Source: a plasmid. From it: a stretch of DNA of 64,000 bases. Below are positions 27,017-36,367 of this stretch, one piece after another; within the stretch, counting starts at the first letter, position 1; every line of letters begins with the position of its first letter. Below the pieces are notes generated by a model. That model was not told the DNA's origin. It searched no databases and saw only the letters and a program-made list of their open reading frames with translations. The translations under genes were made by a program, and so were the position numbers. The stretch is taken from sequence record NZ_CP142098.1; one strand, given 5' to 3'.

Positions 27017-29197
27017 TTACCCATATCGCTCCTCTCGATGGTGTTCGGACGTAGCGAGAGCCTTCGCTATGTCCTTTGACACTCTTATTGGTTTTGGCGC
27101 CGTAGGTTGTTGTTTCCAACGTCGCTTGTGCAGCTTCAATGCCACCCTGGCGGCTTCAAACAGTAAAATACCGCGTTGTGCTGGCGTATAACTGACGTCT
27201 GCCCGGTGATTAAGATCCAGAGATAGCGCCACTACGCTTTGCAATACAGGGTCCATCAGGCCGTTGCAGGTTGTTTGAGATGGTGGCGATTCCAGGCGTG
27301 TAAGGATGGTTTCGACTTCTTGTGCGGACGGCGGCAGCTTTTTCTTGAGTGTGGGGTTTGCATCCAACAGTTCAGCCTCTGTTGGCATATCTAGGTTCAC
27401 AAACCGGTTGATACGCATTGGCAGTGCTGAAGTCATCTTATCGTCATCTTGGATATAGATGGCATTACTTGGGATCAGTGCGCTTTTGAAAGAGATCATA
27501 CCTTCGCCAGGGTTCATATCTTTCAAATCCCCCAAATCGAGACGGTCCTTTTCCCTAATGACGTTACTGCCAGCATCCTCGAAGTGTGGGGTGATCAGCC
27601 CGCCCTGTTGCTCTACGGCTCCGAGCTCAGAATAGTACCCTTTACCGCCGGTAATCCGTGCAAGTTCGAAGGTATCCTTCTCGTCCTGCAACGTCATGAA
27701 CCACTTTGTCAGTAGGTTGGCGTTTACGGTCATGTACTCGCCCTTGTGCTCGGCGATGAAACGTTGAATGTCCTGTGCAGATACGATGAGCATATAGCCC
27801 AGACTGCGCATCTGGCTTGCCAGATTATCCATGCCAGGACCGAAATAGGCGCCCAGCTCGTCCATGGCGATCGGGAACGGGAAATTTCCTTTGTATTTTT
27901 TGACGATCAACACATCGTTCATCATGCCCTCAAGCTCAAACCCCAAATCTCTGGCCATGGTCATGCGTATCGCCGAAATGTAGAGTTTGCCAATATTGGC
28001 AGCTTCGCCTTTAGATAACTCCAACGCAGGAATTGTGGTGCAGAGGATGCGGTCGTTATGCAGAACGTCCTCAATATCGACGTCGCCGGCGTCAGTAGAA
28101 AAAATATGGCCGTAGAGATCGTTAAACATGGTCAGCATGCGGTTGAATTGCTGAATGAGGTAGCCATGCTGGTCGTAAACCCCTTGTTCCCACTCAGAGG
28201 GGCGGCTGATCAGTTCGATTCTAAAGCCTGCCAGAGTGTTGAAGTAGTTCTCCAGCGGGTTATAAGCCTCCTGATGCCAACCATCTCTTTTAGCTTCCAG
28301 ATAAAGCTCCGCCAGTTTTCTCAGCGGTAAGTATTCCTGAATGACCCTTTGCGAGATCCGCCGCTTTTCGCGTTTGCACTTGTAGTAAACGGCATATACC
28401 AAAGCGGCAAGCATTGATTTGGCCTTGTCTTGCCAGCCTTGGTCGCCGCTGCCGGCAGGCGGCAACATGGATTCCATCAACTGAATGATGAACGTTGTGT
28501 TGGCAGTACCGAATAGATTTATGGTGTTCGAGGGCTGTCGCTTTTTGTCATTGAGCAGCAGCTGCAGCAGCTTGTCGGAACCGCCTGTCATGAAGTTGAG
28601 GACGTAGAAATCATCCTCACGCCCAAAACGGCGTGCGAGTGACCACATGGCAAATGCCAAGGTATTCTGCCCCTTACCATCGGAATAACAGATCCCCCGT
28701 CCCCAACAGATGGCATTGAGGAAGACAGATAACAGCGCTTCTGTTTTTCCGGAACCTGTTGTTGCCAATAGCAACATGTGCCTCAGTGCATCATCGAGTG
28801 TCAACCACAGCTCGCGTGCAAGGGCTTTGCCCCTGGCAAATCCCAGGCACATCACACCGGCCGCGCGCTGGTATTTACGGGTTCGCACCACATAACGGAA
28901 AAATCCGCCAATGCCGTTACGATATTTTGGCATTTCACGTTCTGTAGTCAGATCCATGCCACCTATATCAGTAGGTAAACGGAGCGGCATGCGAAAAGGC
29001 TGATCGCCGAATAGCATCAACTGAAGTAACGCCGCCGGCGTTGTGAGCAGCAATGAAGCAGGTGAATGTATAGCGAGTCCAATGGCGCCGGCGAGAGAAA
29101 GCTGAACGCCTATCGGTGAAAGTAATGCATCTTGAATGATGGTTTGGCCAAGGGGGCGTCGAACTCGACGGACATCGACTTCTACAGGCTGAGACAT
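27017..29197 (-). CDS. type IV coupling protein (VirD4/TrbC-type T4CP, 726 aa)
   Basis: Walker A LLATTGSGKTEAL; N-terminal TM segments; size typical of T4CPs; last gene of the minus-strand transfer operon (trbA-trbB-trbC-like order). Confidence 0.85.
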   Translation of the reverse strand: MSQPVEVDVRRVRRPLGQTIIQDALLSPIGVQLSLAGAIGLAIHSPASLLLTTPAALLQLMLFGDQPFRMPLRLPTDIGGMDLTTEREMPKYRNGIGGFFRYVVRTRKYQRAAGVMCLGFARGKALARELWLTLDDALRHMLLLATTGSGKTEALLSVFLNAICWGRGICYSDGKGQNTLAFAMWSLARRFGREDDFYVLNFMTGGSDKLLQLLLNDKKRQPSNTINLFGTANTTFIIQLMESMLPPAGSGDQGWQDKAKSMLAALVYAVYYKCKREKRRISQRVIQEYLPLRKLAELYLEAKRDGWHQEAYNPLENYFNTLAGFRIELISRPSEWEQGVYDQHGYLIQQFNRMLTMFNDLYGHIFSTDAGDVDIEDVLHNDRILCTTIPALELSKGEAANIGKLYISAIRMTMARDLGFELEGMMNDVLIVKKYKGNFPFPIAMDELGAYFGPGMDNLASQMRSLGYMLIVSAQDIQRFIAEHKGEYMTVNANLLTKWFMTLQDEKDTFELARITGGKGYYSELGAVEQQGGLITPHFEDAGSNVIREKDRLDLGDLKDMNPGEGMISFKSALIPSNAIYIQDDDKMTSALPMRINRFVNLDMPTEAELLDANPTLKKKLPPSAQEVETILTRLESPPSQTTCNGLMDPVLQSVVALSLDLNHRADVSYTPAQRGILLFEAARVALKLHKRRWKQQPTAPKPIRVSKDIAKALATSEHHREERYG

Positions 29198-29253
29198 AGG
29201 TGTTCCTGGTGATCTAACGGGGATTGGGCCCGGAGCTGAGTCCAGGCGAACAA

Positions 29254-30198
29254 TTATGGAGTGACGATGGTTTGGCTGAGGAATGTATCTAGAGCTTCAT
29301 CGCTTTTCAGGGATGACAGCGGGATATAGCGCCCATCATCAGCGATCAGTGAGGGGGTGCCCGGCAAATTGTAGATGTCGAAGGCCTGATCGTTTTTGGC
29401 GATCGCCTGGTTACCGGCATCACAGATTTTATTTGATACAGTGTTCTCACCAGGTGAAATGCCTGCGTCGGCCTGGAAAAGTTGTTTCCATAATTGGCGC
29501 CGATATTGCGGTGCCTGGCAAAGCACAGGGCTCACTTGGTCGACGGTTTGCTGTTTTCCGACGAGAGTGACCGGGAAGATCTCAATATTAAATCTTTCGG
29601 AGAGCGCTTCCAGGGCCGGCTCAATAATTTGGCAGTTGTGACATAACGGATCGGCAAAAACGTAGAGGGTACGCTGATGCCCACTGGATAGGGGAATGGT
29701 GTACTGCCCTGTTTTTGCCGCATTACGTAGTGCCTTGGCAACGGCCTGGTACTGATCTGCTGTTACTTTCAATTCAGGCTGTGAGGTTGCGGCAACGGTG
29801 TTCGAAAGCGTGTTTGGCGTAACTTGCTGCGTTAGTGTTGCTGACATATCCTCCGGTTGATTTGAATACCAGAAGCCTGCTATAGCCAAGCTGAGGGCTA
29901 TGGCGCTCATCATGTAACCTAATCGTTTCCAACAGCGGCGATATGCTTGGCGTCGGTGTAGTAACGCTGCATTAATCGCGTGAAGCATCTCAGCAGCATC
30001 CTTCGTTCCAGAGCCCTGTACGATTGCCGCTGGGCCAAGATCACGATTATCGTGCCAAATGGCGTCATCTTTTAGGTAGAAACGAGGATACGGGCCGGGA
30101 TCGAGTATGGCGACCACCTGGTCGTTTTCTTGTTTGTGATTAAATACGGACAAGGTTCTGCCCTGCAGTGAAGCAGTATAGTTCGATTTCATTGTCAT
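29254..30198 (-). CDS. thioredoxin-fold disulfide isomerase (DsbC/TrbB-like), periplasmic
   Basis: CxxC active site in FADPLCHNCQ; one N-terminal TM/signal anchor. Confidence 0.65.
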   Translation of the reverse strand: MTMKSNYTASLQGRTLSVFNHKQENDQVVAILDPGPYPRFYLKDDAIWHDNRDLGPAAIVQGSGTKDAAEMLHAINAALLHRRQAYRRCWKRLGYMMSAIALSLAIAGFWYSNQPEDMSATLTQQVTPNTLSNTVAATSQPELKVTADQYQAVAKALRNAAKTGQYTIPLSSGHQRTLYVFADPLCHNCQIIEPALEALSERFNIEIFPVTLVGKQQTVDQVSPVLCQAPQYRRQLWKQLFQADAGISPGENTVSNKICDAGNQAIAKNDQAFDIYNLPGTPSLIADDGRYIPLSSLKSDEALDTFLSQTIVTP

Positions 30199-30216
30199 TG
30201 ACTCTATGGTGTGGGC

Positions 30217-31542
30217 TTATCTCGCCCGAGGGATGAAGTGGGCGCGGCCAGGTTTTTGGGGGGAGGTATTCGCTCCAGGGATGGTGGCTTTCGTCTGCAG
30301 CGGTGCTGTTTCGCTGGTAGTCTTCTCCGTAGTGTCCATTAGAGGCTGCAATATCACGATTGGAGCATCTTCATCCTCATCGAAGACTGGTTCACTGAGG
30401 ACAGAGGTATTCGTTGTGCGATTATCGATGATCAACCCGACGCTGCGGAGTTCGTCCTCGAGGCCTTTAATGGCTTTATCCATCCTGTTTTCCGGCACGG
30501 GGATTGATGTGTGAAGGCGTTCCTCCATCTGAGCTACAACGGTTTCCCAATTAGCGACAGCAATGACTCCTGCACCTTCAATAAAAGCCTTCGGGCGTCC
30601 CGTTGATGCCAGGGTGTACCAAAGTGGCCGATCGAGACCTTTGAGCCAACGGAATCGAGCGCATGGCAGGCGCATATCCAGGTTATGTAAGGCATAAAGC
30701 GCTGTACGTGTTGTTGAATGGTGTTTAAGCCAATCTTGAGCAGCTGGTGTCTGCGTTACTTTTTCGAATGCCTTGCTGGCGAGCTGAAGTACGGGATATC
30801 CCATTTGTCCTTTGTCCCGCCTGCTTTTGATAAGGCATGAACGGTTCAGGCTATCGAGCAGAGCTTCAGCGGCTTTACGATCGTTTAGAAATGCGACTAG
30901 GCCAAATATGGCAACCAGAGCTCGCTCATGGGCGCTAAAACTTGAAAAGCTTTCTAACGGAGTGCCAAGTTGGCATTCGAACGCAGTTTGGGTTCTATGG
31001 GTATCAAGGCGATCACCAATAATCAGCTTGTGTTCAACTGCAAATTCTTCCGGCCACTGGGCGCTGCGATGTTCAGGCGGGTCAACGTTCAGCAACTGTG
31101 TCTTTTTATCGCCATAGCAGAGTGCCGGTATTATGCTTGGAGAAAAGCGCGCCATGATATGGGGTAGGGTATAGACATCAATATGGCGCCGGGTCTGGTT
31201 CCGCGGATGGTTGCGCACCATGAGCAGCCCACCCATAACAATCAGGACCATCGGCGCCAATAAGATCCCCGCAGTATGATTCATAACGTCGATAAACTGA
31301 CCCCATGACAGTTGATTAACTTGACTGCCTGCCCAGGCAAGGAGGTTGAGCTTTTCTGCGACCTGGTTATGGACACGGGGAAAGTCGCATAATGACCACA
31401 GTTGGTAAAGTAGCCAACAGCATCCGTACATTACAGGGGGTTGATAGATCCAAAGCAGAAATGCTGCCAAAGCGGCAACGAGTAGCAACATAAGACCTTG
31501 CTCGTTACCGGCTCTGGGCTGCAGGTGACTTTTGGCATTCAT
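30217..31542 (-). CDS. integral membrane conjugal-transfer protein (441 aa)
   Basis: Several N-terminal TM helices; position equivalent to trbA in an IncI-like trbABC arrangement. Synteny argument only. Confidence 0.5.
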   Translation of the reverse strand: MNAKSHLQPRAGNEQGLMLLLVAALAAFLLWIYQPPVMYGCCWLLYQLWSLCDFPRVHNQVAEKLNLLAWAGSQVNQLSWGQFIDVMNHTAGILLAPMVLIVMGGLLMVRNHPRNQTRRHIDVYTLPHIMARFSPSIIPALCYGDKKTQLLNVDPPEHRSAQWPEEFAVEHKLIIGDRLDTHRTQTAFECQLGTPLESFSSFSAHERALVAIFGLVAFLNDRKAAEALLDSLNRSCLIKSRRDKGQMGYPVLQLASKAFEKVTQTPAAQDWLKHHSTTRTALYALHNLDMRLPCARFRWLKGLDRPLWYTLASTGRPKAFIEGAGVIAVANWETVVAQMEERLHTSIPVPENRMDKAIKGLEDELRSVGLIIDNRTTNTSVLSEPVFDEDEDAPIVILQPLMDTTEKTTSETAPLQTKATIPGANTSPQKPGRAHFIPRAR

Positions 31543-31688
31543 GAATTACTCCAATATGTTTAAACCCAGTCATAAGGAAAATGACTGGGTTTAAACAAGA
31601 GGTTGCACCAAATAGGGATGTTGGAAAAGAAAGAGCGCCTAGAAAGGCGCTCGATAATATGAACTGAGTTGAAAAAATTAAAAATGAG

Positions 31689-32267
31689 TTAATAAGCCAA
31701 AGATTTTTGTTTCACGAACTTGTTGAAAGTGTTGCCTGAGTCTTTTTCTGGTCGATAAGATGATGACAGTAAAGCATCCAACTTGCGACCAAAGTTCATG
31801 CATTTACTTTCCGTTCCTGCACTGATACGGAAGTAGGGGAAATAAACGTCATTAAACTTCAGTGTTAGCATATTTCCATTGCACTCATACCCTGAAAGTT
31901 CGAGTGTCGTCTTTCCTTGGTAAATGGACTCAGTAGTTGACACCAACAACATGGTTCCACTTCTAACGTCAATGCCTAAATATTTACCTGCATCCAAGGT
32001 TTTGAGTTCATACTCATCGGTTGGAGAAAACTCATTGCACTTGAATACCTCGATTACGTTACGTGTTTTTGATTTTGATTTTTCTTGCACTTTCGAAAAT
32101 GCATAAATGAACGTTGCGCCAATTACCAGGAAGATGTAAGGCCACGATGGGTTGCTTCTTGCGTCTGATACGTAAAAAAGAACCATTGAAAAGAGTAGGC
32201 AGCCTACACCAGAGGTTAATGCAAAAAGTAAAAAGAGAGTCCTTAAGTGATTTTGGTATTTCGTCAT
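31689..32267 (-). CDS. small inner-membrane protein (192 aa), candidate entry-exclusion determinant
   Basis: Two N-terminal TM helices; markedly lower GC than neighbours; start overlaps the stop of the DotA/TraY-like gene by 4 nt. The traY-excA / traG-eex synteny argument is inference. Confidence 0.4.
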   Translation of the reverse strand: MTKYQNHLRTLFLLFALTSGVGCLLFSMVLFYVSDARSNPSWPYIFLVIGATFIYAFSKVQEKSKSKTRNVIEVFKCNEFSPTDEYELKTLDAGKYLGIDVRSGTMLLVSTTESIYQGKTTLELSGYECNGNMLTLKFNDVYFPYFRISAGTESKCMNFGRKLDALLSSSYRPEKDSGNTFNKFVKQKSLAY

Positions 32268-34408
32268 TTTATACCATCTCCATTTCCATTGTTGTTACTT
32301 CTCATATTAGATCTTACACCAGGAGATCTTTGTAGTCCATTTGAAAAGCCGGCAAAGATACTTTTTGTTGATTCAACCATACCACCAAGAATGCTTGCAG
32401 CTTCACGACCGCCGAGCCATGAGATGATGTAGTCAGGCATGGTCACTTGCAACCCGAATACACGGGTAACTGTAGTAGTGCATATGCGGGCATAAAGAGT
32501 AAGAATGCCAATTAAAGAGAATATTCCGGTAATAGAGTTTGCTTGAACGTTCGCAATGGCAGGCCCTAGCATGAGGTTGAGTAGTGTACCCATTACGATC
32601 AACGTTATGCTTGCGAAGATAAATCCGAAAACCATTAACATTGGCCTAATCATAACGTCAATGAGAAAGATATATCCATATGCAGAACGATGGCCTCTAT
32701 CTCCTTCTGTTCCGATATGAGTTGCCGCCCATAAGGTACCACCAGTGACGCCAACAAACACACTGACTATCCAGTTCGCAGCCGCTGTTAACCAATAGAT
32801 AAATGGTATAAATGGTAGATAGATTGACAGGCTAAAACCAATACCAAACAACATGAAAAGAATAAAGTAAACAATCGGAGAGAGGGCATCCAATCCAGCC
32901 GCGATACCTTGAGTAGCATTACCAGAAAAGGCGCTGGCTACTTGCCCCCAAAAACCTTCAGTGGAAACCGCAGCAAGAATTTTCGCACCAGTGAATATGC
33001 CTAGCGCAGCTTCTGCACCACCTAACGTAATATCACCGACATATTTCATTTTCAGCATTGGATTCATTTGGTTTCCAGTTCCAAAGTCACTGCCTAACTC
33101 TGATGTCGCGATAGCGTTCGCTAATTTCTGCATGGGGGAGTTCAAGAAACCGACAAATACTGCACTGGCCTCAGATGCATCTAAGGATTGCTGGGTATCT
33201 TTAGCGCTTTCGGTCCCGAGTGGAGGTACAAAAGAAGTATTTTGCTTTTGGGATCGATATACGGTGAATACATTATTAAATAGATCGCTTACGCCAACTT
33301 CACCAATTCCAGAGCGACCAGTAATCACGGGTTTTAGCTGTACGGCATCGTTAATTTTATTATTTGCAGTGGCAAATGTTTGATACCACGATCCGAGGGC
33401 AAGCCACCCGCTTCTCTTCAACTGAGCGGCCAATACCTCAGCCAGTTCGCTGGTTTGGCCTTGAGCGTTTAGGGTTTGATCGATGCGATTTTCGTAGGCC
33501 TGTGCGGCCCTTTGGATGTCAGTTTCGGCGTCCGGAAGCGCGCCAGCCCCACTGTTCTGCTTGTTGACTAATGCCGTTACAAACTGAGCGGCGGCTGTCG
33601 ACAGGTTATTTTGCATTTCATTCATGGCGCTCCGTTGCGCGCTGATAATGCTTTCCGTGTTTACAGGGGCAGGGAACAACCAGCCTGTGGTTTTGTCGGC
33701 GAGGCTTTCCGGCAGTCGAGCTGCGCCGCACAAAGCGCTTCCGTTGCCGATTTCAAAACCATCGCTCAGGGCCTTGATGCCCATTAGTGGTGTGCCGGCC
33801 TGGCCGTATTGCTGATACATGTCACGCAGTTCGGTGTTGGTACTGTACATGCACAGGTTCATTTCATAGATGGCTCTCGCGGCACTGACCGTTTGTGGTG
33901 CCACGGGTTGTACGACCAGGCTGTAGCCGTCCTTGAGCAGATCGACCGTGCGGTCGGTGACAACGTTCGCGCTGCCAATGCCCATAACGGATGCCGCCCA
34001 CAAAAATATCAGTTGAGCGATAGACCAGCCTGACACAGTTGGCACCAAGGTCATGAACCCAGCGGCTGTGCTGACGGGACCGACCATTGAGCTCCCTTGG
34101 CTGAATACTTTGCCGCGCTGTCCGGCCTTGACCAGGTGCGTGAGGGTTACCACCAAGAACCACACCACGGCGATCGCCATGACGATGCCGTTAAAAACGA
34201 AGAAAAGTTCACCGACCATGCTGGTTTCGGTAGATAACGGATTGGTGACAACGTCACCAAATATCATAACCAATGCCTGACGAGACAGATCATCGGTGCG
34301 TTTAGCTGCCTGCTCGATCGTGCTGAAGCTGACTGCGGAATCCGCGTGCGCGCAAAGGCAGAACAGGCCCAACAACAGGCCTGTGGCGAGTTTTCGAAAG
34401 GCATTCAT
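32264..34408 (-). CDS. large polytopic membrane protein (714 aa), DotA/TraY-like
   Basis: Signal peptide, about 400-aa periplasmic domain, then a cluster of at least 6 TM helices; size and topology as in IncI1 TraY/DotA (from memory). Confidence 0.55.
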   Translation of the reverse strand: MNAFRKLATGLLLGLFCLCAHADSAVSFSTIEQAAKRTDDLSRQALVMIFGDVVTNPLSTETSMVGELFFVFNGIVMAIAVVWFLVVTLTHLVKAGQRGKVFSQGSSMVGPVSTAAGFMTLVPTVSGWSIAQLIFLWAASVMGIGSANVVTDRTVDLLKDGYSLVVQPVAPQTVSAARAIYEMNLCMYSTNTELRDMYQQYGQAGTPLMGIKALSDGFEIGNGSALCGAARLPESLADKTTGWLFPAPVNTESIISAQRSAMNEMQNNLSTAAAQFVTALVNKQNSGAGALPDAETDIQRAAQAYENRIDQTLNAQGQTSELAEVLAAQLKRSGWLALGSWYQTFATANNKINDAVQLKPVITGRSGIGEVGVSDLFNNVFTVYRSQKQNTSFVPPLGTESAKDTQQSLDASEASAVFVGFLNSPMQKLANAIATSELGSDFGTGNQMNPMLKMKYVGDITLGGAEAALGIFTGAKILAAVSTEGFWGQVASAFSGNATQGIAAGLDALSPIVYFILFMLFGIGFSLSIYLPFIPFIYWLTAAANWIVSVFVGVTGGTLWAATHIGTEGDRGHRSAYGYIFLIDVMIRPMLMVFGFIFASITLIVMGTLLNLMLGPAIANVQANSITGIFSLIGILTLYARICTTTVTRVFGLQVTMPDYIISWLGGREAASILGGMVESTKSIFAGFSNGLQRSPGVRSNMRSNNNGNGDGIK

Positions 34409-34454
34409 AAGATTTCACCAGTCGGAGTGCCTGACGTAAACAGGCAAGAGGGAG

Positions 34455-35024
34455 TTATTGAGTTGGGCGTTCGTACCGTAGAAGAACTTTCCACCAGGTG
34501 TTTTCCCGAAGAAAGTCGGGCAGGCTACCGGCCTCCTCCTGGGAAAGGCGTTGATTGCGTAATTGCCATAGCCGCCAGGTGGAAATAAACGCTTGTAGTA
34601 ATGGTATCGCTGCCATAGCGAACAGTGTCAAACACAGTGTTGCGGTCCGGATCAGCAGAGCCGGGGTAAATACCTCGCCGGCCAGAACCAGCAGAATGAT
34701 CGACAGAGCGATCAGTATTGGTACTGCCCCCAAAACGAGACACAGATGCTTGCGCCGCCGGAATCTGTCTATCAAGGTGCTCACAGACTCGCCGCTTGCG
34801 ATCACTGCTTCCTCAAACTGTAGCGTGGGGAGTGTTTGTTGATGTTCAATCCGGTAGCCGTAAGCAAGCATCAGACTGCGCTTCAAGTTGTTGGCGAGTG
34901 AAGGGCCAATTTTTGTCGCTGCGTAACGCAGTTCCGATAACGGTAGGAACAGATTTGCAGTGAAATACAGTCCCTTGCTGGCGCGCTTCCAAGACGTTTT
35001 AGATTTCGGGGATTGGTCAGTCAT
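34455..35024 (-). CDS. membrane protein (about 189 aa; TraX-like position)
   Basis: Three TM helices; probable start at internal Met (MTDQSPKS), avoiding a 77-nt overlap. Confidence 0.45.
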   Translation of the reverse strand: MTDQSPKSKTSWKRASKGLYFTANLFLPLSELRYAATKIGPSLANNLKRSLMLAYGYRIEHQQTLPTLQFEEAVIASGESVSTLIDRFRRRKHLCLVLGAVPILIALSIILLVLAGEVFTPALLIRTATLCLTLFAMAAIPLLQAFISTWRLWQLRNQRLSQEEAGSLPDFLRENTWWKVLLRYERPTQ

Positions 35025-36237
35025 TACGAGCCCCTCCGGCGCTGAGTTCGTGCAGCTTGGCCTGCAGTTGTGGACGATAAACCTCGTTGGCATTTAGGCC
35101 CAGTTGTTGGCCTTGCAGGACGTTGCCTTTTTGCAGCTGCTGCTTTATCCCCAACAGCAACCAGTTTTGTTGCGCTTGCACACGGATAGATTCACGCGCC
35201 AGGTTGTCTCCGTCCATCGCCTGCAGGTCGGTTTGATAGTCGGTGTTGGCATAGCGCCGACCGACGTCGAACTGCTCAAATTCCCGCTCCGACATCATCC
35301 CGGTACGCCGGGCTTCATCAGATGCTGTCTGGTTGAAGTAGGCGGCAGCTGATGGGATCTGCATCACTTCTTTCAGTACATCGCGTGTTGCTTCACTGGG
35401 TTGACTGGAGGCCACCATGGCCAACATGGGTTCGCGTGCCGCTGTGTTCACTGCTTCGTACTGCGTCATCAGGCCGATATATTGGCGGCCGGAGGCGCTT
35501 TTTACTTCGCCTTTACTGAGCTGTTTCCCGGCCGAGGCTGGAGCACTGTTAAGTGCGTAAGCCATTGCTGCGTCGGTCTGTTTCTGATCGAAGGTTAAAT
35601 CAGGCGCTTTGCCTTCAGCGCCGGCGCCATCGAGTAGGGACGTAAACCGCTTATCACCCCCCGGCAATTCAGAGAGGCGGGTGCATACCCCCGTGCCGCC
35701 GTAAGCAGCCATATCGGTGGCATCGCAGTAATCGGCATGCACGCCTGCGGCCCGAAAGGCTGTCTGTTCAGGTGCTGGAGCCGGGGCGGTCCATCCTTGG
35801 CGGATCATGGCATTGCTGATTCCCTGGCCCCGCGACAGCGCACTTTGTCGCGCGCGAGCGCGACTTTGAACTTGTGTAGCCATACCCGAACCAGATTCAG
35901 TACACAGGCTATCCGGTATGGTATAGGTTCGGCGCGATCGCTCGAGGCGTTCGGTTTGACGAGCAAAAATATCTTGATCGCGTTGTGCTTGTGCTGCTTG
36001 TTCGATTTGCGTGGCGATCTTGCCGCCGTTTTGGTTAATGGCGGCGCCGATCTGCTGCTGTGTAGCGGCCATCCCTGTCAATGTACCGCTCATCTGCCCA
36101 AGGACCGGAGCGACCTGTGTCTCAATGGGAACGCTAGAGGTTACGACAACGGAGACAGCGTGCACTGGAGAAGCTAATGCGGAGAGTACCAGCACGACCA
36201 GAGGGGAGAGCCTCATGGTAGGAGGGTATGATTTCAT
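35017..36237 (-). CDS. secreted/periplasmic transfer protein (406 aa; TraW/IcmX-like position)
   Basis: N-terminal signal peptide MKSYPPTMRLSPLVVLVLSALASPVHA; Gln/Ala-rich. Confidence 0.5.
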   Translation of the reverse strand: MKSYPPTMRLSPLVVLVLSALASPVHAVSVVVTSSVPIETQVAPVLGQMSGTLTGMAATQQQIGAAINQNGGKIATQIEQAAQAQRDQDIFARQTERLERSRRTYTIPDSLCTESGSGMATQVQSRARARQSALSRGQGISNAMIRQGWTAPAPAPEQTAFRAAGVHADYCDATDMAAYGGTGVCTRLSELPGGDKRFTSLLDGAGAEGKAPDLTFDQKQTDAAMAYALNSAPASAGKQLSKGEVKSASGRQYIGLMTQYEAVNTAAREPMLAMVASSQPSEATRDVLKEVMQIPSAAAYFNQTASDEARRTGMMSEREFEQFDVGRRYANTDYQTDLQAMDGDNLARESIRVQAQQNWLLLGIKQQLQKGNVLQGQQLGLNANEVYRPQLQAKLHELSAGGARND

Positions 36238-36367
36238 TTCAAAGCGTCCTCAAGAAAATACCGGCAAATAGCGCGGCCCAAAAAATAGTGTTGTAAGCGA
36301 GGATGTGGAGGTTAGGTCTGCGGAGGAAAGCACGGATATACCAGTGATAAAGGCGCATGGTTGCTCC

